Origin: the human T2T-CHM13v2.0 reference genome, Homo sapiens | Reading direction: 5' to 3' (one strand) | Assembly (NCBI RefSeq): GCF_009914755.1 | Contig: NC_060925.1 | DNA length: 64,000 nucleotides | Shown here: positions 52,952-64,000 of the stretch, one piece after another | How the letters are laid out: every line of letters begins with the position of its first letter | How positions within the stretch are numbered: the stretch's first letter is position 1 | Translations under genes and position numbers: made by a program | The notes under the pieces: generated by a model | What the model was told of the DNA's origin: nothing | Seen by the model: the letters and a program-made list of their open reading frames with translations, nothing else | Database searches by the model: none

Positions 52952-53034
52952 GGTTGTTAACAACCTAATTAGAATCCCAATCCATTTTTTCACTAGTTTA
53001 CCCCCAAATGTTCATACATCTCAGAAAAAGTAGT

Positions 53035-53205
53035 CTTTTTTTTTTTCTTTTTTTTGAGGTGGGTTCTTGCTATGTTGCCTAGGCTGGAGTGCACTGGCTA
53101 TTCATAGGAGCATTCATAGCTCACTGCAGCCTCTAACTACTCCTATCCTTCTGCCTCCACCTCCTTAATTGCTAGGACTATAGGCACATGCCACCGCACC
53201 TGGCT
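53035..53205 (-). mobile_element. FAM monomer
   Basis: 7SL-derived monomer retaining ggctattcatagg segment. Confidence 0.8.
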
Positions 53206-53209
53206 GCAG

Positions 53210-54420
53210 TCAATTTTCTTATTTTCCTAGAGCCTCATATGTGGAAACTGCTGTTTTGTTTCTGTCTGTATTGATTGCTCTCTAGGCCTGCTTCTTTGCT
53301 ATTGCATTGTACTATTTCCTAGATTCTATGTTTTTCTCTGTCTTGATCTATATCCCATTTTTATTGAAGTGTATTTTTAATGAAAGTCAGAGAAAGATAG
53401 AAATAAATTTTCTGGGTCCTCGAATACATGAAAATGTCTTTAAATCTATCTTCCAGTTTGAAAGGTATTTTTTTTTTCTCAGAATTCTGAAAGCATTGCT
53501 TCAATTACCTTCTAGCATTCAGTATTGACGACAGAATTCTGATACTGTTCTCTTTCGAATAGGATCCATTTTTCCTTTCTGGAAGCTTTAGAATCTTCTC
53601 TTTATCTATGGAGTTTTAAAATTTCACAATGACAAATCCTTGTGTGAATTACTTTTTTCAGTCATTGCTCAAGGTATTTGGGTTTTTTTTTTTCCCCATT
53701 TGTAGACTACTGTCTTGTGGGTCAGGGCAATTTCTAGTATTATTTCTTTGATAGTTCCTCTCTATTTACTCTTTACTTTTTCAGAAATTTATAGCTTGGA
53801 TGTTGGCCTTTCTAGATTGATCCTTTACATCTCTTTTATTTTCTATTCTCTACTATTTGTTTTCTGAGAGATTTCACTTTCTCTTTTAACCCTTCTAACC
53901 ATATTATTCTTTACAAGGGTCCCCAAGCCCCAGGCCATGGACTGGTACTGGTCTGTGGCCTGCTGGGAACCAGGCTGCACAGCAGGAGGTGAGTGGCTGG
54001 CAAGCAAGCATTACTGCCTGAGCTCAGATCAGTGGCAGCATTCGATTCTCATAGAAGCGTGAACCCTATTGTGAACTGCGCATGTGAGGGATCTAGGTTG
54101 TGTGCTCCTTATGAGAATCTAATGCCTGATGATCTGAGGTGGAACAGTTTCATCCCCAAACCATTCCCCCAACCCCCCAACCGCCGTCCATGGAAAAACT
54201 CTTCCACAAAACCAGTCCCTGGTGACTGCTACTTTAAGGGATCACATTTTTAATTTCTAAGATATCTTTTGTGCTCTCTGCTTATTTTTTTAACAGCATC
54301 CTGTTTTTGTTTTAAAATGGGTATCATATAATCTCTTACTTCTCAGAAAATTTTAGAGTTTTAAAAAGAGTTTCTTCTTTCTATGTTACTGCTGTCTTCC
54401 CTGGGTCCTTTTGTTCTGTT
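53210..54420 (-). mobile_element. Old L1M fragment (interrupted by MER1B)
   Basis: T-rich L1-antisense-like text (agaatcttctctttatc..aaatttcacaatga). Confidence 0.55.
53914..54230 (+). mobile_element. MER1B (hAT-Charlie)
   Basis: Matches the MER1B copy at 36712 (gagaatctaatgcctgatgatctgaggtggaacag). Confidence 0.88.
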
Positions 54421-54720
54421 TATTTAGTTTAGGATGATTAGGTGGGAACCAGCTGTTTCACTTGAGGGCCATCTTTTTTCAGGGGTTCTTCAGTTTTTGC
54501 TCTGTGGAATAAGTTATCTTTTAATTTTAGTGGGGTCTTAGGTGGGAGAGGAGATAATTTCATGTGATCAACTGCCATCTTCAACCAGAATCTACGAGAG
54601 AAATAGAAAGGCTTTCACATATACAATATTTAGATTCCTCTTGATGATTGTCATTAGTAGGAGTAGCAAGGTTTATAGAAATAATCTTTAAATTTCACTT
54701 TTTAATAAGCTTTCTATCTA

Positions 54721-54860
54721 AGCCTATTAGCCCAGTTGGACAGAGGATGGCAAAATAATGTCAAGGTTATGAGTTTGCTCTCCATGGAGTTTAATTAAAC
54801 TTACTTAATTTCATGGACTCCATCTTCTCCCCTAACTCACAGAGAAGGTCAAGAATGCTA
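54721..54860 (+). mobile_element. tRNA-Ile-derived SINE head (MamSINE1-like), degenerate
   Basis: agcctattagcccagttggacagaggatgg..aataatgtcaaggttatgagtttgctctcc aligns by eye with tRNA-Ile(AAT); followed by catgg..cccctaac body. Confidence 0.6.
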
Positions 54861-54897
54861 TTTTGGGAAGCTATAAATGTTATTTTGGGTAGCTATC

Positions 54898-54978
54898 AGC
54901 AGCTGTAAAATGAAAGCTGGATTATTTCTTGTCAATTTTATAGGCAAAAAATAATCCAGCTTTCATTTTATTGCTGCT
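54898..54978. repeat. Long inverted repeat / hairpin (36-bp stem, 9-nt loop)
   Basis: Perfect 22-bp core 54906-54927 / 54949-54970, extended both ways. Confidence 0.9.
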
Positions 54979-55134
54979 ATTAGGACCCTATGTCCTAATG
55001 AAATTCTACGTGTTACTACAGGAACATAAAAGGAACAAAAAATACTGGCAAATTAAAGGAAAAGAGAGAGAAAAATAGTACAGACATATCACCATACATC
55101 AATTTATTTCTGCTGGGAGAGAAAATCAGCCCAT

Positions 55135-55850
55135 TTATCTTACTTAGGTCATTTCCCCAGAATCTGACTTTTAGATGGAGATTGGTAAGAGAAAGTCTTT
55201 TTGTTGATGTTGTTTTGAGACAGAGTCTCACTCTGTTGCCCAGGCTGGAGTGCAGTGGCACAATCTTGGCTCACTGCAACCTCCACCTCCCAGGTTCAAG
55301 CAATTCTCTGCCTCAGCCTCCCCGGTAGCTGGGACTATGCGTGTGCCACCACACCAGGATAATTTTTGTATTTTTAGTAGAGACAGGTTTCACCATGTTG
55401 GCCAGGTTGGTCTTGAACTGCTGGCCTCAAATGATCTGCCCTCCTCAGCCTCCCAAAGTACTTGGATTATAGGCATAAGTCACCACACCTGGTTTGTAAG
55501 AGAAAGGTTTATTGGGGAGTGCTCTGAAGGACAACACCCGCAAGGGAGTAAGGGCAGGGGGAGAAGTTGACCTGTGACACAATCACAACAGAGGCCTCAG
55601 CTGATCCCACAAGAAGCTCTGGAACTAGGAATTCCTTCAGAGTTGTCTCACTTTGAGGCAAGAGGCCAGAACTTTCTAACCTCACATTGACCAGTTGTTG
55701 GATAAGAGCTATCCCCAAGAAAGGACATGACCTTCTGGGGTCAGGACTTCAGTGAAGCGCCTCTCTTCAGCTGACAGCAGTCTCCAGAGTTTTGCAGCTG
55801 TGATCCAGCAATCAATACACCTGGCAGCTGGGGTGCCAGACCACAGCATC
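55135..55850 (-). mobile_element. Old ERVL LTR (LTR16-like) split by Alu
   Basis: gtttattggggagtgctct..gaggcctcagctgatcccaca..agctctgga. Confidence 0.6.
55197..55492 (-). mobile_element. Alu
   Basis: TSD gtaagagaaag. Confidence 0.93.
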
Positions 55851-55858
55851 CACTAGAC

Positions 55859-56423
55859 CAGGGGTCCCCAACCCCCAGGCCACAGACTGGTACTGGTCCA
55901 TGGCCTGTTAGGAACTGGGCCACACAGCAGGAGGTGAGTGGTGGGCAAGCGAGTGAAGCTTCATCTGTATTTATAGCCACTCCGCATTACTCCAATTACT
56001 GCCTGAGCTCTGCCTCCTGTTAGATCAGTGGCAGCATTAGATTCTCTTAAGAGCGTGAACCCTATTGTGAACTGCACATGCGAGGGATCGAGGTTGTGCA
56101 CTTATTATGAGAATCTAATGCCTGATGATCTGTCACTGACCACTGACCATCACCCCCAGATGGCACCATCACCCCTAGATGGGAACACCCCCAGATGGGA
56201 CTTCTCCCATCACTCTCAGATGGGAAAAGAGGCTCAGGGCTCCCACTGATTCTACTTTATGGTGCGTTGTATAATCATTTCATTATATATTACAATGTAA
56301 TACTAATAGAAATAAGGTGCACAATTAATATAATGTGCTTGAATCATCCCTCCTGCTACTGGTTCATGGAAAAATTGCCTTCATGAAACTGGTCCCTGGT
56401 GCCAGAAAGGTTGGGGACTGCAG
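55859..56423 (+). mobile_element. MER1A (hAT-Charlie)
   Basis: TIRs caggggtccccaacc / ggttggggactgcag; perfect 8-bp TSD cactagac. Confidence 0.92.
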
Positions 56424-56936
56424 CACTAGACTACATAAAGTAGTACCTGATCTCTTGAAAGTTCATGAGCTGAAATATTGTATTTTCTTTCATTTCTTCT
56501 AGATACCTACAGGAGGAGAAAACAAACTACGTTTGAACTGAGAAGGAACAAAAGACCTGTTTACTCTGCAAACTAGATAATTAGCATCCAAGAAACAGAA
56601 TGAATGGAATAAGCTTTTGAAGAGTTTAACTATTTTATTTCATGCTATTTTTGCATCTTGGGCGTATTCCCTTTGTTTAGCAATCACTCTTAAGTTTTAA
56701 ATATGAAGCCAAAGTCATTATGTTTAGGTTTATAGTACTAAGTTGGGGGAAGTTCAAATTTTTCTCAATATTTACAGGAGAAAGAAACACTCGGCATGTA
56801 TTTTAACTTCAGTTAACAGGTATGGAAAAGTAATAGTCAAAAATTCTAATTTTTTGCTTTGTATTTAAGGAGAAAGAGAAAAATAGTGATGTAAGTATAC
56901 TAAAATAGTTAAGTCTTTAAAGATATAGAGAAGTTT

Positions 56937-57220
56937 GGGCACGAACTTCCTGTAATCCCAGCACTTTGGAAGGATTGCTTGAGTCCAGGAGTTCAAGACC
57001 AGCCTGGATAACATAATGAAACCCCTATCTATAAAAAAAAAAAAAAGAAAAGAAAAAAAAAATTAGCCAGGCATGGTGGCACACACCTGTAGTCCTAACT
57101 ATTCAGGGGGGTGAGGTGGGAGGATCTCTTGAGCCCTAGAAGGTTGAGGCTGCAGTGAGCCACTGCACTCCAGCCTGAGAGATAGCAAGACCCTGTCTCA
57201 AAAATAAATAAATAAACAAA
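56937..57220 (+). mobile_element. Alu (AluJ-like) with deletions
   Basis: Alu consensus. Confidence 0.9.
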
Positions 57221-57274
57221 CGTGAAGAACAAAACTTTTTTTAGTATATTAAAGTGTTTCCACCTTCAACCTGA

Positions 57275-57719
<445 letters not shown>

Positions 57720-59028
57720 AGTAACATCTTTTAATATCTTTTGTTGTTGATAAAAAGTCAGCAATTTAATATTTTCTAAGCAAAGATATATAAAAGTCAT
57801 TCAAGACAAAAAGCTAAGGGAAGCAATGATTTGAAACTTTAATTCTGCTCTCTTAAGCTTAAAATCTGTGGAAAACAGAAGGTAAAAGAAGAGAGAGGAA
57901 CTTCACAGCCTAAGAATCAATTTTCCATTGTTGGGAAACTGAAGAACATTCATCAAATAACCCAAGACGTTTAAAGAGGGAGGGAACAAGTTTTCGTTTG
58001 GTGGTGACTTAATTGGGTTCAGTATGACAAGACGCATTGTGAAGCCAAGCAGTGGCTGCGTCATGTATTGGAACAACTGAGCTTCACTTCCAACAGGCAG
58101 CTGGATTCAGTGTCATGTGGGAATTGAGAACAAAGGCAACTGGTTTCTCTGTGTCATAATAAAGGCTCCAAAATGGTGTGGGAAGCGGGGTGGCTTCAGC
58201 ATCATCTCAGAGAATCTTCAGAAAACTTTTCCTGGAGATTAGGCTCATTCAGTTGAATTCCATTCCGTATGCTCAGTTGTTCCTGTCTTTGTATCAAAGA
58301 GAGATCCATCAACTGTGAAATCTTGGACCGATAAAATTCAAAAGGTACTTTCGGATAGGCAATGAAAAACAAGCCTTCCTCCTCTGTCCTCCAACTTCCC
58401 CGTTCCTTTCCCAAAGGAAAACGTTTTTTCCAGTTTCTGGAGTATTTATTTGCCTCTAAAATATTCTAATGTGTAGGTTTTTAAAATATACACTTTATAT
58501 TTTTGCTGCCACAACCTTCTAAGAATCAATATATATATAATAGCTTTGTTTTAGAAAACGAATTTAGTCTTATGAGTTTATAATAAACCTCTGCTGATGC
58601 TTAACAATTGATTACTACTTCTTTTTAAAGTGATTCTAAACAATGTGTGTGTCCTCAAATTTCTCCTGGGACAGAATTCTGTAGTTTTTAGGGCTTATAC
58701 ATTGCAGTTTCTCTGAAGGCCAGGCAGAAAATTGAAACGTAAAATGTCTGGAAGAAGACAACTGGAAGTGGTGAGTCATATACAAACTGAAGTTCCTAGT
58801 CTAAAGGTATTTCAAATGCCAAGATTGTTATAGACATGGTACAACTAAACTACATAGTTGTATGGCCCCTTATTATACAGTTCATTCTTCTTAAAAATCA
58901 CAAATACGTGTATCTATCACCAGCCTTCTACTACCTAGCCCATTTTTCCCAATTTTTAAAAAATTACAGAGATCACTTCAATAATTTCAGGATCTGGTAG
59001 ATAATTTGGTTTGTTCTCAAGAGATTTA

Positions 59029-59367
<339 letters not shown>

Positions 59368-60439
59368 TTATGAGGTCAAATCACAGAGTGCTTAAGGACA
59401 CAGGCCCTGAGTTCTGAGACCTGAATTTGAACTTTAGGTTAGACATTGGCCAGATTGGGCAAGTTCTCCAACTTTTTGGGAACTTAGCTTTTTTTTTTTT
59501 TTTTTTTTACAAAATAGGGATTAATAATTGTTGTTTCAAATGTTACATTAGGTAAGTCAGGTTAAGTGCTTCACACAGTACCTGATACCGACTTGGTAAC
59601 TCAATAAATGAGAGCAATGATTATTACTTAGAAAATCTTTGTATAATATTATACTCCTTGGACTCGAATTCCCTGATAACTAGCTTTTTCCCACTTATTT
59701 TAATTTGAAGATCATTAAAATTTTTTTCTATCACATTAAATATTTGTCTCTTCTTTATGCTAGAACCATTCCAATTCTTCTCTTCTGGCTATTTTGAAAT
59801 ATACTATAGTCACCATACTGATCTATATAACAATAGGTCCTATTTGTTCTATCAGAATGTATGTTTGTACTCATTATTATCAACTTCTTTCTCTTCATTC
59901 CCTTTTCTCATTATCCTTCCCAGCCACTAGTAACCATGAATCTACTCTTTGTCTTTATGAGATCCACTTCTTTAGCTCTCATATGTAAGTGAGAACATGT
60001 GATATTTGTCTTTCTATGCCTGGCTTATTTCACTTAACATAATGGCCTCTAGTTCCATCCATGTTGCTGCAAATGACAAGATTGCATTCTTTTTATGGCT
60101 GAATAATATTCCATTGTGTGTGTGTGTGTATATATATATCTATATCACATTTTCTTTATTCATCTATTGATGGCGCTTAGGTTGATTTCATACTATGGCT
60201 ATTGTAAATAGTGCTGCAATAAACATGAGAGTGCAGATATCTTTTCCACATGTTGATTTCCTTTCTTTTGGATAGACATACCTAGTAGTGGAATTGCTGG
60301 ATCTTATGGTAGTTCTAATTTCATTTTTTTTGGGGAAACTCCATGCTGTTCTCCATAGTGACTATACTAATTTATATTCCCAACAACAGTGTATGATGGT
60401 TTCCATACCTCCACATCCTCACCAGCACCTGTTACTGCC

Positions 60440-60740
<301 letters not shown>

Positions 60741-60884
60741 TGATAGAAACCATTTTAACTGGAGTGAGATGATATCTCAATGAAATTTTGATTTGCATTT
60801 CTCTGATGATTAGTGACACTGAGCATTTTTTCATATACCTATTAGCTGTTTGTATGTCTTCTTTTGAGAAATGTCTATTTAGAT

Positions 60885-62888
<2,004 letters not shown>

Positions 62889-63158
62889 ACTTATTCAGGT
62901 CTGTTAACCACTTTTTAATCAGATTATTTCTTCTTTTGCTATTGAGTTATTAAAGCTCCTTATATATTCTGGTTATTAGACTATTGTCAGATGGGTAGTT
63001 TGCAAATATATTTTCTCCCATTCTGTAGGTTATCTTTCCACTTTATTGGTTGTTTCCTTTGCTGTACAGAAGCTTTTAAACTTGAGGCAATCCCATTTAT
63101 CTATTTTTGCTTTGGTTGCCTGTGCCTTTGCGGTCTTATCCTAAAAATCTTTGCCCTT

Positions 63159-63462
63159 GCCGGGTGCAGTGGCTCATGCCTATAATCCCAGCACTTGGGG
63201 AGGCAGAGGCAGGTGGATCGCCTGAAGTCAGGAGTTCAAGACCAGCCTGGCCAACATGGTGAAACCTTGTCTCTACTACAAATACAAAAACTAGCTGGGC
63301 ATGGTGGCAGGCACCTGTAACCCCAGCTACTTGGGAGGCTGAGTCAGGAAGAATTGCATGAAACCTGGAGATGGAGGTTGCAGTGAGCCAAGATTGCACC
63401 ACCGCACTCCAGCCTAGGCAACGGAGTGAGACTCCATCTCAAAAAAAAAAAAAAAAAAAAAA
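63159..63462 (+). mobile_element. Alu (AluS-like) inside L1
   Basis: TSD aaaaatctttgccc. Confidence 0.94.
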
Positions 63463-63959
63463 ATCTTTGCCCATACCAATGTCCTGGAGTTTTTCCCCAA
63501 AGTTTCCTTCTAGTAGCTTCATAGTTTCAGGTCTTACATTTAGGTCTTTCATTCATTTTGATTTGATTTTGTATATGGTACGAGGCAGGGGTCTAGTTTC
63601 AGTCTTCTGCATATGGTTATCTAGTTTTCTCAGCACCATTTATTGAAGAGACTGTCCTTTCGCAATTGTATATTCTTGGCACTTTTGTCAGAGTTGCCTG
63701 TAAATGCATGGATTTGTATCTGGGTTCTCTATACATTCCATTGGTCCATGTGTCTGTTTTTATGCCACTCCAATGCTGATTTGGTTGCTATAGCTTTGTA
63801 GTAAATTTTGAAGTCAAGGTAATATGGTGCCTGCACCTTTGTTCTTTTTGCTCAGGATTGCTTTGGCTATTCAGGGTCTTTTGTGGTTCCACATAAATTT
63901 TAAGATTTTTTTTTCTATTTCTGTGAAGAATGTCATTGATATTTTGATAGCAATTGCAT

Positions 63960-64000
63960 TTGTTTGTTTGTTTGTTTCAAGACAAGGTCTCACTCTGTCA
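63960..64000 (-). mobile_element. Alu 3' end (runs off window)
   Basis: (TTTG)n then agacaaggtctcactctgtca. Confidence 0.8.

Noticed and set aside
54721-54790. Functional tRNA-Ile gene
   Set aside because: Too many substitutions; B box and stems disrupted; treated as SINE head.
58202-58414. 70-aa non-repeat ORF on minus strand
   Set aside because: No ATG at the called start, no recognisable homology or splice context.

Overview
Primate (human-like) genomic DNA, very Alu-dense, with no recognisable protein-coding exon. The one clear genic landmark is a CpG-island promoter at ~27.55-28.6 kb. It holds a GC/GCG-rich first exon on the minus strand (consensus donor CG|GTGAGC at 28029/28028), so 1-28028 is most likely part of a large first intron and 28.6-64 kb is upstream/intergenic. 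The architecture suggests RC3H1 (Roquin-1) exon 1/intron 1, but this is tentative recall, not verified. The rest is ~65 Alu/FLAM/FAM copies, MIR/L2/L1 fragments, hAT and Tigger DNA transposons, MaLR/ERVL/ERV1 LTRs and a full solo LTR12C nested in an Alu inside an old L1. Almost all ORFs in the supplied track are Alu/LTR/GC artefacts. Best leads: (1) a strong-Kozak 58-codon poly-Ala uORF in the first exon, below the ORF-track cutoff; (2) a pri-miRNA-shaped 36-bp hairpin at 54898-54978; (3) a 51-bp inverted templated copy of flank joining two inverted Alus; (4) a CpG-retaining non-repeat segment with five MYB-type CAACTG sites. I see no evidence for a new multi-gene system. Repeat subfamily calls and boundaries are by eye and approximate.
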